64,000 nucleotides of DNA. It comes from Macrostomum lignano (lineage: Eukaryota). Position numbers and translations under genes: made by a program. The notes beneath the pieces were generated by a model. That model was not told where the DNA came from. It ran no database searches and was given only the letters and a program-made list of their open reading frames with translations. The DNA lies in assembly GCA_002269645.1 (NCBI GenBank), contig NIVC01002563.1, positions 3,341 through 67,340 of the forward strand, in the 5' to 3' direction. Of the stretch, positions 11,173-25,855 are shown piece by piece; position 1 is the first letter of the stretch, and each line of letters begins with the position of its first letter.

Positions 11173-11600
11173 CTTAGACAGGAGTGTCTTCTGTTAGACA
11201 GGAGTGTCTTCTGTTAGACAGGAGTGTCTTCTGTTAGACAGGGGTGTCTTCTGTTAGACAGGAGTGTCTTCTGTTAGACAGGAGTGTCTTCTGTTAGACA
11301 GGGGTGTCTTTTGTTAGACAGGGGTGTCTTCTGTTAGACAGGAGTGTCTTCTGTTAGACAGGAGTGTCTTCTGTTAGACAGGAGTGTCTTCTGTTAGACA
11401 GGGGTGTCTTCTGTTAGACAGGAGTGTCTTCTGTTAGACAGGAGTGTCTTCTGTTAGACAGGGGTGTCTTCTGTTAGACAGGAGTGTCTTCTGTTAGACA
11501 GGAGTGTCTTCTGTTAGACAGGGGTGTCTTCTGTTAGACAGGGGTGTCTTCTGTTAGACAGGAGTGTCTTCTGTTAGACAAGAGTGTCTTCTGTTAGACA
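11173..11600. repeat. 20-bp minisatellite (TTAGACAGGAGTGTCTTCTG)
   Basis: About 21 highly homogeneous copies; shares the core CTGTTAGACAGG with the 2440-3915 array. Confidence 0.95.
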
Positions 11601-11626
11601 GCAAGGAGGGCAGGCAGGGAACTCAC

Positions 11627-11842
11627 CCGGCAGACAACGCTGCAAACCAGTGAGGCGATCAGCAGCAGCAGGAAGGCCACGGAGATGGCCACAACAACAG
11701 GATTGATGGCCTCATTGATGAAGATGAGAATGAGCGGCGTCAGAATCAGCGCCAACACTTGGACAACAAAAATGACAACTGTGCGGCAGAGATTGCCGTC
11801 CAGGCAGCAGCCGGATCTCCTGTGTCGGCGGCCTGACGGCAT
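11627..11842 (-). CDS. Putative exon of a small two-helix membrane protein
   Basis: MPSGRRHRRSGCC...VVIFVVQVLALILTPLILIFI-NEAINP-VVVAISVAFLLLLIASLVCSVVCR followed by a consensus donor CGG|GTGAGT at 11626. No family recognised. Confidence 0.4.
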
Positions 11843-12411
11843 CGAATTGCAGACAGTCGGTTGTGCAGGATGTCGCCCGAAGTCACTTCCTGACTAGTCT
11901 CCAGGAACCAGAAGTTTTATCCTGTGCCTTGCCGGGAACAAACTGACGCGGACAGCCAATGAAGATCCCCTCTCCCCTTCCAGATCCGAATGACCCGTGC
12001 GAGCTTGCATTTTTTCCTCTCCGGAACGAAAGTACGAAATTCGCAATCCCCAAGAGCTACGCCCGCTGGTCTCGCTTAGAAATCCCCTCACTCGACTATA
12101 ATCCCGCTGCGCGAGGACGCCCTCACCTCTCATAAGCTTCGGTTTACCTCTTCCTGTCTTCAGATCTTCTTTGTTTAAATGAGGCAACAGGACTGAAAAA
12201 TCTGCCGATAGACGCGTTGGCGAGAAAAGAAATATAGACAGACTGAGAAAGTGAGGCACAGAGAATGCAGAGGTTCAACGTTGTATGTTCTATTTTCGAT
12301 CCACTGCAAACAGTTCTACCCTTCCTGCCTGCAACTTCGGACTGCCAAACTGCACCGTTTCTGTGACCCCCCCGTTCTTGGTTCGGATTCTGGCTTCATG
12401 GATTTAGGCCT

Positions 12412-13665
12412 GACCTCTCCCGGCCTCTCCCGGCCTCTCCTGGCCTCTCCCACCCTCTCCCGCCCTCTCCCACTCTCTCCCGCCCTCTCCCACTCTCTCC
12501 CGCTCTCTCCCGCTCTCTCCCGCTCTCTCCCGCTCTCTCCCGCTCTCTCCCGCTCTCTCTTCTACTCTCTCCCACTCTCTCCCGCTCTCTCCCGCTCTCT
12601 CCCGCTCTCTCTTCTACTCTCTCCCACTCTCTCCCGCTCTCTCCCGCTCTCTCTCGCTCTCTCCCGTTCTCTCCCGCTCTCTCCCGCTCTCTCCTTCTCT
12701 CTCTCCCGCCCTCTCCCGCTCTCTCCCGCTCTCTCCCGCTCTCTCCAACTCTCTTCTGCTCTCTCCCGCTCTCTCCCGCTCTCTCCCACTCTCTCCCGCT
12801 CTCTCCAACTCTCTTCCGCTCTCTCCCGCTCTCTCCCGCTCTCTCCCGCTCTCTCCCGCTCTCTCCCGCTCTCTCCCGCTCTCTCCCACTCTCTCCCGCT
12901 CTCTCCCGCTCTCTCCCGCTCTCTCCCGCTCTCTCCCGCTCTCTCCCGCTCTCTCCCACTCTCTCCCGCTCTCTCCCGCTCTCTCCCGCTCTCTCCCGCT
13001 CTCTCCCGCTCTCTCCCACTCTCTCCCGCTCTCTCCAACTCTCTTCCGCTCTCTCCCGCTCTCTCCCGCTCTCTCCCGCTCTCTCCCGCTCTCTCCAACT
13101 CTCTTCCGCTCTCTCCCGCTCTCTCCCGCTCTCTCCCGCTCTCTCCCGCTCTCTCCCGCTCTCTCCCACTCTCTCCCGCTCTCTCCCGCTCTCTCCCGCT
13201 CTCCCACTCTCTCCCGCTCTCTCCCGCTCTCTCCAACTCTCTTCCGCTCTCTCCCGCTCTCTCCCGCTCTCTCCCGCTCTCTCCCGCTCTCTCCAACTCT
13301 CTTCCGCTCTCTCCCGCTCTCTCCCGCTCTCTCCCGCTCTCTCCCGCTCTCTCCCGCTCTCTCCCGCTCTCTCCAACTCTCTTCCGCTCTCTCCCGCTCT
13401 CTCCCGCTCTCTCCCGCTCTCTCCCGCTCTCTCCCGCTCTCTCCCGCCCTCTCCCGCTATCTCCCTCTCTCTCTCTCCCGCTCTCTCCCGCTCTCTCCAA
13501 CTCTCTCCCGCTCTCTCCCGCTCTCTCCCGCTCTCTCCCGCTCTCTCCCACTCTCTCCCGCTCTCTCCCGCTCTCTCCCACTCTCTCCCGCTCTCTCCCG
13601 CTCTCTCCCGCTCTCTCCCACTCTCTCCCGCTCTCTCCCGCTCTCTCCCGCTCTCTCCCGCCCTT
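12412..13665. repeat. 10-bp tandem repeat (CTCTCTCCCG)
   Basis: Direct reading; explains SLPLSPALSR / ERERAGESGR ORFs. Confidence 0.95.
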
Positions 13666-14439
13666 TCCCACTCTTGTAGAGATCTCCAAACATGGTAGCC
13701 TACTAAAAGTAGTAAGATAAAACTATGAATACAAATTTAAAAATAGCTGTGCGTCATACTCTTTTTTTTTAGTAATACCAGTAATATCACGCAAACAGCG
13801 AGTGTCTATGCTATTGTCCGAAAAACCGGTTCTCGACATCTATTTTTAGAACTTCCAAATATGGTAAATGTTAACCTGAATGTGACCCAAGTCTCACCCT
13901 TTTCTATTCAAAAAACCCCACCTGTCAAATAAAAAATTTCTTTCGTAAACTCATAAAAAAACGGTTTTGAGCTCAAGGTCGACTCAAGGCCGACAAATTG
14001 TGTATAAATACAAACGAAAAATCCGAGCTGAAATCTCAGACTCGGAGCAGCCTCAAAACATCTTGAGCTTACTGCAGAAGCTACTCGAGGCTACATCTCT
14101 GAGGGAGAAGTAAACCAATTGGTGAGCCTTTGTTCGAGCCTTTGTTATTTGGATTACTGAGAGCGATTTTATTTCCGGCCGTTACTGATCAGTTGATTTA
14201 ACTGAGTTCATTGAATTTGAGGCCTCCCATTTTCCTAAGGGATTGGATAGGATCTGCGGACCGATTCCGATACCCTTAGAGGATTATTGATTTCATTGAT
14301 TTTGTTACCCTAGAGTAACTGATAGGAGCACATGACTCCGATTCCATTATTTCTAGAAGAAGACGCTCTTTCTGGAGGACCTCGTCATTGTTATAGAAGT
14401 TGATTTTGTTATTAGGGCGCATCGTTGATATTGAGTTCT

Positions 14440-17400
14440 GCACTCGAGGAATTACATTGATTTTTACACTCGAGGAATTATATTGATTTTTACACTCGAG
14501 AAATTATATTGATTTTTACACTCGAGGAATTACATTGATTTTGGCACTCGAGGAATTATATTGATTTTGGCACCCGAGGAATTATATTGATTTTTACACT
14601 CCAGGAATTACATTGATTTTGGCATTCGAGGAATTACATTGACTTTTACACTCGAGGAATTATATTGATTTTTACACTCGAGGAATTACATTGATTTTGG
14701 CACTCGAGGAATTACATTGATTTTTACACTCAAGGAATTATATTGATTTTGGCACTCAAGGAATTATATTGATTTTTACACTCGAGGAATTACATTGATT
14801 TTGGCACTCGAGGAATTACATTGATTTTGGCACTCGAGGAATTATATTGATTTTTACACTCGAGGAATTACATTGATTTGGCACTCGAGGAATTATTTTT
14901 GATTTTTACACTCGAGGAATTATATTGATTTTCACACTCGAGGAATTATATTGATTTTGGCACTCGAGGAATTATATTGATTTTTACACTCGAGGAATTA
15001 TATTGATTTTGGCATTCGAGGAATTATTTGATTTTGGCACTCGAGGAATTACATTGATTTTGGCATTCGAGGAATTACATTGATTTTTACACTCGAGGAA
15101 TTATATTGATTTTGGCATTCGAGGAATTATATTGATTTTGGCACTCGAGGAATTATATTGATTTTTACACTCGAGGAAGTATATTGATTTTGGCACTCGA
15201 GGAATTATATTGATTTTTACACTCGAGGAATTATATTGATTTTGGCATTCGAGGAATTATATTGATTTTGGCACTCGAGGAATTATATTGATTTTTACAC
15301 TCGAGGAATTATATTGATTTTGGCATTCGAGGAATTATATTGATTTTGGCACTCGAGGAATTATATTGATTTTTACACTCGAGGAATTATATTGATTTTG
15401 GCACTCGAGGAATTATATTGATTTTGGCACTCGAGGAATTATATTGATTTTTACACTCGAGGAATTATATTGATTTTGGCACTCGAGGAATTATATTGAT
15501 TTTTACACTCGAGGAATTACATTGATTTTGGCACTCGAGGAATTACATTGATTTTGGCACTCGAGGAATTATATTGATTTTTACACTCGAGGAATTATAT
15601 TGATTTTTACACTCGAGGAATTATATTGATTTTTACACTCGAGGAATTATATTGATTTTGGCACTTGAGGAATTACATTGATTTTGGCATTCGAGGAATT
15701 ATATTGATTTTTACACTCGAGGAATTATATTGATTTTGGCATTCGAGGAATTATATTGATTTTGGCATTCGAGGAATTATATTGATTTTGGCACTCGAGG
15801 AATTACATTGATTTTGGCATTCGAGGAATTATATTGATTTTGGCATTCGAGGAATTACATTGATTTTTACACTCGAGGAATTATATTGATTTTGGCACTC
15901 GAGGAATTATATTGATTTTTACACTCGAGGAATTACATTGATTTTTACACTCGAGGAATTATATTGATTTTTACACTCGAGGAATTACATTGATTTTGGC
16001 ACTCGAGGAATTATATTGATTTTTACACTCGAGGAATTATATTGAATTTGGCACTCGAGGAATTATATTGATTTTTACACTCGAGGAATTATATTGATTT
16101 TGGCACTCGAGGAATTATATTGATTTTGGCACTCGAAGAATTATATTGATTTTTACACTCGAGGAATTATATTGATTTTGGCATTCGAGGAATTATTTTG
16201 ATTTTGGCACTCGAAGAATTACATTGATTTTGGCATTCGAGGAATTACATTGATTTTTACACTCGAGGAATTATATTGATTTTGGCATTCGAGGAATTAT
16301 ATTGATTTTGGCACTCGAGGAATTATATTGATTTTGGCATTCGAGGAATTATATTGATTTTGGCACTCGAGGAATTACATTGATTTTGGCATTCGAGGAA
16401 TTATATTGATTTTGGCATTCGAGGAATTACATTGATTTTGGCATTCGAAGAATTATATTGATTTTTGCACTCGAGGAATTACGTTGATTTTGGCACTCGA
16501 GGAATTATATTGATTATTACACTCGAGGAATTATATTGATTTTTACACTCGAGGAATTATATTGATTTTGGCACTCGAGGAATTATATTGATTTTGGCAC
16601 TCGAGGAATTATATTGATTTTTACACTCGAGGAATTATATTGATTTTGGCACTCGAGGAATTATATTGATTTTTACACTCGAGGAATTATATTGATTTTG
16701 GCACTCGAGGAATTACATTGATTTTGGCACTCGAGGAATTATATTGATTTTTACACTCGAGGAATTATATTGATTTTTGCACTCGAGGAATTATATTGAT
16801 TTTGGCATTCGAGGAATTATATTGATTTTGGCATTCGAGGAATTATATTGATTTTGGCACTCGAGGAATTATATTGATTTTGGCACTCGAGGAATTATAT
16901 TGATTTTTACACTCGAGGAATTATATTGATTTTTACACTCGAGGAATTATATTGATTTTTACATTCGAGGAATTATATTGATTTTGGCATTCGAGGAATT
17001 ATATTGATTTTGGCATTCGAGGAATTATATTGATTTTGGCACTCGAGGAATTATATTGATTTTTACACTCGAGGAATTACATTGATTTTGGCACTCGAGG
17101 AATTATTTTGATTTTGGCATTCAAGGAATTACATTGATTTTTACACTCGAGGAATTATTTTGATTTTTACACTCGAGGAATTATATTGATTTTTACACTC
17201 GAGGAATTATATTGATTTTTACACTCGAGGAATTATATTGATTTTTACACTCGAGGAATTATATTGATTTTGGCACTCGAGGAATTATATTGATTTTTAC
17301 ACTCGAGGAATTATATTGATTTTGGCACTCGAGGAATTATATTGATTTTTGCACTCGAGGAATTATATTGATTTTTACACTCGAGGAATTATATTGATTT

Positions 17401-20400
17401 TGGCATTCGAGGAATTATATTGATTTTGGCACTCGAGGAATTATATTGATTTTTGCATTCGAGGAATTATATTGATTTTGGCATTCGAGGAATTATATTG
17501 ATTTTGGCATTCGAGGAATTATATTGATTTTGGCACTCGAGGAATTATATTGATTTTTACACTCGAGGAATTATATTGATTTTGGCACTCGAGGAATTAC
17601 ATTGATTTTGGCACTCGAGGAATTATATTGATTTTGGCACTCGAGGAATTATATTGATTTTTACACTCGAGGAATTATATTGATTTTGGCACTCGAGGAA
17701 TTATATTGATTTTTACACTCGAGGAATTATATTGATTTTGGCACTCGAGGAATTATATTGATTTTGGCACTCGAGGAATTATATTGATTTTTACACTCGA
17801 GGAATTATATTGATTTTTACACTCGAGGAATTATATTGATTTTTACACTCGAGGAATTACATTGATTTTGGCACTCGAGGAATTATATTGATTTTTACAC
17901 TCGAGGAATTATATTGATTTTTACACTCGAGGAATTATATTGATTTTGGCACTCGAGGAATTATATTGATTTTTGCACTCGAGGAATTATTGATTTTGGC
18001 ACTCGAGGAATTATATTGATTATTACACTCGAGGAATTACATTGATTTTGGCACTCGAGGAATTATATTGATTTTGGCACTCGAGGAATTACATTGATTT
18101 TGGCACTCGAGGAATTACATTGATTTTGGCACTCAAGGAATTACATTGATTTTTACACTCGAGGAATTATATTGATTTTGGCACTCGAGGAATTATATTG
18201 ATTTTTACACTCGAGGAATTACATTGATTTTGGCACTCGAGGAATTATATTGATTTTGGCACTCGAGGAATTATATTGATTTTGGCACTCGAGGAATTAT
18301 ATTGATTTTGGCACTCGAGGAATTATATTGATTTTGGCATTCGAGGAATTATATTGATTTTGGCACTCGAGGAATTATATTGATTTTGGCATTCGAGGAA
18401 TTATATTGATTTTGGCACTCGAGGAATTATATTGATTTTCACACTCGAGGAATTATATTGATTTTGGCACTCGAGGAATTATATTGATTTTTACACTCGA
18501 GGAATTATATTGATTTTGGCACTCGAGGAATTATATTGATTTTTACACTCGAGGAATTATATTGATTTTGGCACTCGAGGAATTATATTGATTTTTACAC
18601 TCGAGGAATTATATTGATTTTTACACTCGAGGAATTATATTGATTTTTACACTCGAGGAATTATATTGATTTTTACACTCGAGGAATTATATTGATTTTT
18701 ACACTCGAGGAATTATATTGATTTTTACACTCGAGGAATTATATTGATTTTGGCACTCGAGGAATTATATTGATTTTTACACTCGAGGAATTATTGATTT
18801 TGGCACTCGAGGAGTTATATTGATTATTACACTCGAGGAATTACATTGATTTTGGCACTCGAGGAATTATATTGATTTTGGCACTCGAGGAATTACATTG
18901 ATTTTGGCACTCGAGGAATTACATTGATTTTGGCACTCAAGGAATTACATTGATTTTTACACTCGAGGAATTATATTGATTTTGGCACTCGAGGAATTAT
19001 ATTGATTTTTACACTCGAGGAATTACATTGATTTTGGCACTCGAGGAATTATATTGATTTTGGCACTCGAGGAATTACATTGATTTTTACACTCGAGGAA
19101 TTATTTTGATTTTTACACTCGAGGAATTATATTGATTTTTACACTCGAGGAATTATATTGATTTTTACACTCGAGGAATTATATTGATTTTTACACTCGA
19201 GGAATTACATTGATTTTGGCACTCGAGGAATTATATTGATTTTTACACTCGAGGAATTATATTGATTTTGGCACTCGAGGAATTATATTGATTTTGGCAT
19301 TCGAGGAATTATATTGATTTTTACACTCGAGGAATTATATTGATTTTGGCATTCGAGGAATTATATTGATTTTGGCACTCGAGGAATTATATTGATTTTG
19401 GCATTCGAGGAATTATATTGATTTTGGCACTCGAGGAATTATATTGATTTTGGCATTCGAGGAATTATATTGATTTTGGCACTCGAGGAATTATATTGAT
19501 TTTTACACTCGAGGAATTATATTGATTTTGGCACTCGAGGAATTATATTGATTTTGGCACTCGAGGAATTATATTGATTTTGGCACTCGAGGAATTATAT
19601 TGATTTTGGCACTCGAGGAATTATATTGATTTTGGCACTCGAGGAATTATATTGATTTTTACACTCGAGGAATTATATTGATTTTGGCACTCGAGGAATT
19701 ATATTGATTTTTGCATTCGAGGAATTATATTGATTTTGGCACTCGAGGAATTATATTGATTTTGGCATTCGAGGAATTATATTGATTTTGGCACTCGAGG
19801 AATTATATTGATTTTTACACTCGAGGAATTACATTGATTTTGGCACTCGAGGAATTACATTGATTTTGGCACTCGAGGAATTATATTGATTTTGGCACTC
19901 GAGGAATTATATTGATTTTTACACTCGAGGAATTATATTGATTTTGGCACTCGAGGAATTATATTGATTTTTACACTCGAGGAATTATATTGATTTTGGC
20001 ATTCGAGGAATTATATTGATTTTGGCACTCGAGGAATTATATTGATTTTTACACTCGAGGAATTCCATTGACTTTTACACTCGAGGAATTATATTGATTT
20101 TTACACTCGAGGAATTATATTGATTTTGGCACTCGAGGAATTATATTGATTTTTACACTCGAGGAATTATATTGATTTTTACACTCGAGGAATTATATTG
20201 ATTTTGGCACTCGAGGAATTATATTGATTTTGCACTCGAGGAATTATTGATTTTGGCACTCGAGGAATTATATTGATTTTACACTCGAGGAATTACATTG
20301 ATTTTGGCACTCGAGGAATTATATTGATTTTGGCACTCGAGGAATTACATTGATTTTGGCACTCGAGGAATTATATTGATTTTGGCACTCGAGGAATTAC

Positions 20401-23400
20401 ATTGATTTTTACACTCGAGGAATTATATTGATTTTGGCACTCGAGGAATTATATTGATTTTTACACTCGAGGAATTATATTGATTTTGGCACTCGAGGAA
20501 TTATATTGATTTTGGCACTCGAGGAATTATATTGATTTTGGCATTCGAGGAATTATATTGATTTTGGCACTCGAGGAATTATATTGATTTTTGCATTCGA
20601 GGAATTATATTGATTTTGGCACTCGAGGAATTATATTGATTTTGGCACTCGAGGAATTATATTGATTTTGGCACTCGAGGAATTATATTGATTTTGGCAC
20701 TCGAGGAATTATATTGATTTTGGCACTCGAGGAATTATATTGATTTTTACACTCGAGGAATTATATTGATTTTGGCACTCGAGGAATTATATTGATTTTG
20801 GCACTCGAGGAATTATATTGATTTTTACACTCGAGGAATTATATTGATTTTTACACTCGAGGAATTATATTGATTTTTACACTCGAGGAATTATATTGAT
20901 TTTGGCACTCGAGGAATTATATTGATTTTTACACTCGAGGAATTATATTGATTTTTACACTCGAGGAATTATATTGATTTTTGCACTCGAGGAATTATAT
21001 TGATTTTTCGAGGAATTATATTGATTTTGGCACTCGAGGAATTATATTGATTTTGGCATCGAGGAATTATATTGATTTTTGGCACTCGAGGAATTATATT
21101 GATTTTGGCACTCGAGGAATTATATTGATTTTGGCACTCGAGGAATTATATTGATTTTTACACTCGAGGAATTACATTGATTTTGGCACTCGAGGAATTA
21201 TATTGATTTTGGCACTCGAGGAATTATATTGATTTTTACACTCGAGGAATTATATTGATTTTGGCACTCGAGGAATTATATTGATTTTTACACTCGAGGA
21301 ATTATATTGATTTTGGCACTCGAGGAATTATATTGATTTTGGCACTCGAGGAATTATATTGATTTTGGCACTCGAGGAATTATATTGATTTTTACACTCG
21401 AGGAATTATATTGATTTTGGCACTCGAGGAATTATATTGATTTTGGCACTCGAGGAATTATATTGATTTTTACACTCGAGGAATTATATTGATTTTGGCA
21501 CTCGAGGAATTATATTGATTTTTACACTCGAGGAATTATATTGATTTTGGCATTCGAGGAATTATATTGATTTTGGCACTCGAGGAATTATATTGATTTT
21601 GGCATTCGAGGAATTATATTGATTTTTACATTCGAGGAATTATATTGATTTTGGCATTCGAGGAATTATATTGATTTTGGCATTCGAGGAATTATATTGA
21701 TTTTGGCATTCGAGGAATTATATTGATTTTTACACTCGAGGAATTATATTGATTTTTACACTCGAGGAATTATATTGATTTTTACACTCGAGGAATTACA
21801 TTGATTTTTACACTCGAGGAATTATATTGATTTTTACACTCGAGGAATTATATTGATTTTTACACTCGAGGAATTATATTGATTTTGGCACTCGAGGAAT
21901 TATATTGATTTTTACACTCGAGGAATTATATTGATTTTGGCACTCGAGGAATTATATTGATTTTGGCACTCGAGGAATTATATTGATTTTGGCACTCGAG
22001 GAATTATATTGATTTTGGCACTCGAGGAATTATATTGATTTTGGCATTCGAGGAATTATATTGATTTTGGCATTCGAGGAATTACATTGATTTTGGCATT
22101 CGAAGAATTATATTGATTTTTACATTCGAGGAATTATATTGATTTTGGCATTCGAGGAATTATATTGATTTTGGCATTCGAGGAATTATATTGATTTTGG
22201 CACTCGAGGAATTATATTGATTTTTACACTCGAGGAATTATATTGATTTTGGCACTCGAGGAATTATATTGATTTTGGCATTCGAGGAATTATATTGATT
22301 TTTGCATTCGAGGAATAATATTGATTTTGGCACTCGAAGAATTATATTGATTTTTACACTCGAGGAATTATATTGATTTTTACACTCGAGGAATTATATT
22401 GATTTTGGCATTCGAGGAATTATATTGATTTTGGCACTCGAGGAATTATATTGATTTTTGCATTCGAGGAATTATATTGATTTTGGCATTCGAGGAATTA
22501 TATTGATTTTGGCATTCAAGGAATTATATTGATTTTGGCACTCGAGGAATTATATTGATTTTTACTCTCGAGGAATTACATTGATTTTGGCACTCGAGGA
22601 ATTATATTGATTTTGGCACTCGAGGAATTATATTGATTTTTACACTCGAGGAATTACATTGATTTTGGCACTCGAGGAATTATATTGATTTTGGCACTCG
22701 AGGAATTATATTGATTTTTACACTCGAGGAATTATATTGATTTTGGCACTCGAGGAATTATATTGATTTTTACACTCGAGGAATTATATTGATTTTGGCA
22801 CTCGAGGAATTATATTGATTTTGGCACTCGAGGAATTATATTGATTTTGGCACTCGAGGAATTATATTGATTTTTACACTCGAGGAATTATATTGATTTT
22901 TACACTCGAGGAATTATATTGATTTTTACACTCGAGGAATTATATTGATTTTGGCATTCGAGGAATTATATTGATTTTGGCACTCGAGGAATTATATTGA
23001 TTTTTACACTCGAGGAATTACATTGATTTTTACACTCGAGGAATTATATTGATTTTTACACTCGAGGAATTACATTGATTTTTACACTCGAGGAATTATA
23101 TTGATTTTTACACTCGAGGAATTATATTGATTTTGGCACTCGAGGAATTACATTGATTTTTACACTCGAGGAATTATATTGATTTTTACACTCGAGGAAT
23201 TATATTGATTTTGGCATTCGAGGAATTACATTGATTTTGGCACTCGAGGAATTACATTGATTTTGGCACTCGAGGAATTACATTGATTTTGGCACACGAG
23301 GAATTACATTGATTTTGGCACTCGAGGAATTATATTGATTTTGGCACTCGAGGAATTACATTGATTTTGGCACTGGAGGAATTATATTGAGTTTGGCACT

Positions 23401-25284
23401 CGAGGAATTATATTGATTTTTACACTCGAGGAATTATATTGATTTTGGCACTCGAGGAATTATATTGATTTTTACACTCGAGGAATTATATTGATTTTGG
23501 CACTCGAGGAATTATATTGATTTTGGCACTCGAGGAATTATTTGATTTTGGCACTCGAGGAATTATATTGATTTTTACACTCGAGGAATTATATTGATTT
23601 TGGCACTCGAGGAATTATATTGATTTTGGCACTCGAGGAATTATATTGATTTTTACACTCGAGGAATTATATTGATTTTGGCACTCGAGGAATTATATTG
23701 ATTTTTACACTCGAGGAATTATATTGATTTTGGCACTCGAGGAATTATATTGATTTTGGCACTCGAGGAATTACATTGATTTTGGCACTCGAGGAATTAT
23801 ATTGATTTTTACATTCGAGAATTATATTGATTTTGGCATTCGAGGAATTATATTGATTTTGGCATTCGAGGAATTATATTGATTTTGGCACTCGAGGAAT
23901 TACATTGATTTTGGCATTCGAGGAATTATATTGATTTTGGCATTCAAGGAATTACATTGATTTTTACACTCGAGGAATTATATTGATTTTTACACTCGAG
24001 GAATTGCATTGATTTTTACACTCGAGGAATTATATTGATTTTTACACTCGAGGAATTACATTGATTTTTACACTCGAGGAATTATATTGATTTTTACACT
24101 CGAGGAATTACTCGTATATTGATTTTTACACTCGAGTAATTATATTGATTTTTACACTCAAGGAATTACATTGATTTTGGCACTCGAGGAATTATATTGA
24201 TTTTGGCACTCGAGGAATTATATTGATTTTTACACTCGAGGAATTATATTGATTTTTACACTCGAGGAATTATATTGATTTTTACACTCGAGGAATTACA
24301 TTGATTTTTACACTCGAGGAATTATATTGATTTTTACACTCGAGGAATTATATTGATTTTGGCACTCGAGGAATTACATTGATTTTTACACTCGAGGAAT
24401 TATATTGATTTTTACACTCAAGGAATTATATTGATTTTTACACTCGAGGAATTATATTGATTTTTACACTCGAGGAATTATATTGATTTTGGCATTCGAG
24501 GAATTATATTGATTTTGGCACTCGAGGAATTACATTGATTTTGGCACTCGAGGAATTACATTGATTTTGGCACTCGAGGAATTACATTGATTTTGGCACT
24601 CGAGGAATTATATTGATTTTGGCACTCGAGGAATTACATTGATTTTGGCACTCGAGGAATTACATTGATTTTGGCACTCGAGGAATTACATTGATTTTGG
24701 CACTCGAGGAATTATATTGATTTTTACACTCGAGGAATTATATTGATTTTTACACTCGAGGAATTATATTGATTTTTACACTCGAGGAATTATATTGATT
24801 TTTACACTCGAGGAATTACATTGATTTTGGCACTCGAGGAATTATATTGATTTTGGCACTCGAGGAATTATATTGATTTTTACACTCGAGGAATTATATT
24901 GATTTTGGCATTCGAGGAATTACATTGATTTTTGCACTCGAGGAATTACGTTGATTTTGGCACTTGAGGAATTATATTGATTATTACACTCGAGGAATTA
25001 CATTGATTTTGGCACTCGAGGAATTACATTGATTTTGGCACTCGAGGAATTACATTGATTTTGGCACTCGAGGAATTACATTGATTTTGGCACTCGAGGA
25101 ATTACATTGATTTTGGCACTCGAGGAATTACATTGATTTTGGCACTCGAGGAATTACATTGATTTTGGCACTCGAGGAATTACATTGATTTTGGCACTCG
25201 AGGAATTACATTGATTTTGGCACTCGAGGAATTACATTGATTTTGGCACTCGAGGAATTACATTGATTTTGGCACTCGAGGAAT
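14440..25284. repeat. 10.8-kb satellite array of a 26-bp monomer ((GG/TA)CA(C/T)TCGAGGAATTA(T/C)ATTGATTTT), roughly 415 copies
   Basis: Continuous head-to-tail array with no spacers; contains CTCGAG. Confidence 0.98.
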
Positions 25285-25507
25285 ACTTCGACGTCTACGG
25301 ATTCTGTTACGCTCTCACGTTCGGCCGATTTTAGAATTCAAGAAGACTACTCCGGAGGAAGAAGCCTTGAAGAAACGAGCTCGGAGAACCTGCCCAAAAA
25401 AGAAGAGGAGCCCGCAACAGTAAGTGATCACTGAATTTTGTCCCCAGGCTTAAGTGTCTGGAAGTGGGAGTTTTCGGGTGACTGATCACCACCCGATCAA
25501 ACTCTTC

Positions 25508-25855
25508 ACTCTCTCCCGCTCTCTCCCACTTTCTCCCACTCTCTCCCGCTCTCTCCCGCTCTCTCCCGCTCTCTCCCTCTCTCTCCCGCTCTCTCCCTCT
25601 CTTTCCCGCCCTCTCCCGCTCTCTCCCGCTCTCTCCCGCTCTCTCCCGCTCTCTCCCGCTCTCTCCCGCTCTCTCCCGCTCTCTCCCGCTCTCTCCCGCT
25701 CTCTCCCGCTCTCTCCCGCTCTCTCCCGCTCTCTCCCGCTCTCTCCCGCTCTCTCCCTCTCTTCCCCGCCCTCTCCCGCTCTCTCCCGCTCTCTCCCACT
25801 CTCTCCCACTCTCTCCCACTCTCTCCCTCTCTCTCCCTCTCTCTCCCTCTCTCTA
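25508..25855. repeat. 10-bp tandem repeat (CTCTCTCCCG), second copy
   Basis: Same monomer and orientation as 12412-13665. Confidence 0.95.

Noticed and set aside
12251-13720. 489-aa SLPLSPALSR ORF and antisense ERERAGESGR ORFs (also 25331-25882)
   Set aside because: A stop-free 10-bp repeat is open in nearly all frames; no coding evidence.
14440-25284. CRISPR array
   Set aside because: Monomers are head-to-tail with no unique spacers, there are no cas genes, and the context is eukaryotic.
14397-25422. A 64-codon open frame (KLILLLGRIVDIEFCTRGILRR...KKKRSPQQ) formed by excising the satellite and joining its flanks, near AG and GTAAGT signals
   Set aside because: The length is within chance expectation, there is no recognisable domain, and the implied next intron is only 28 bp.
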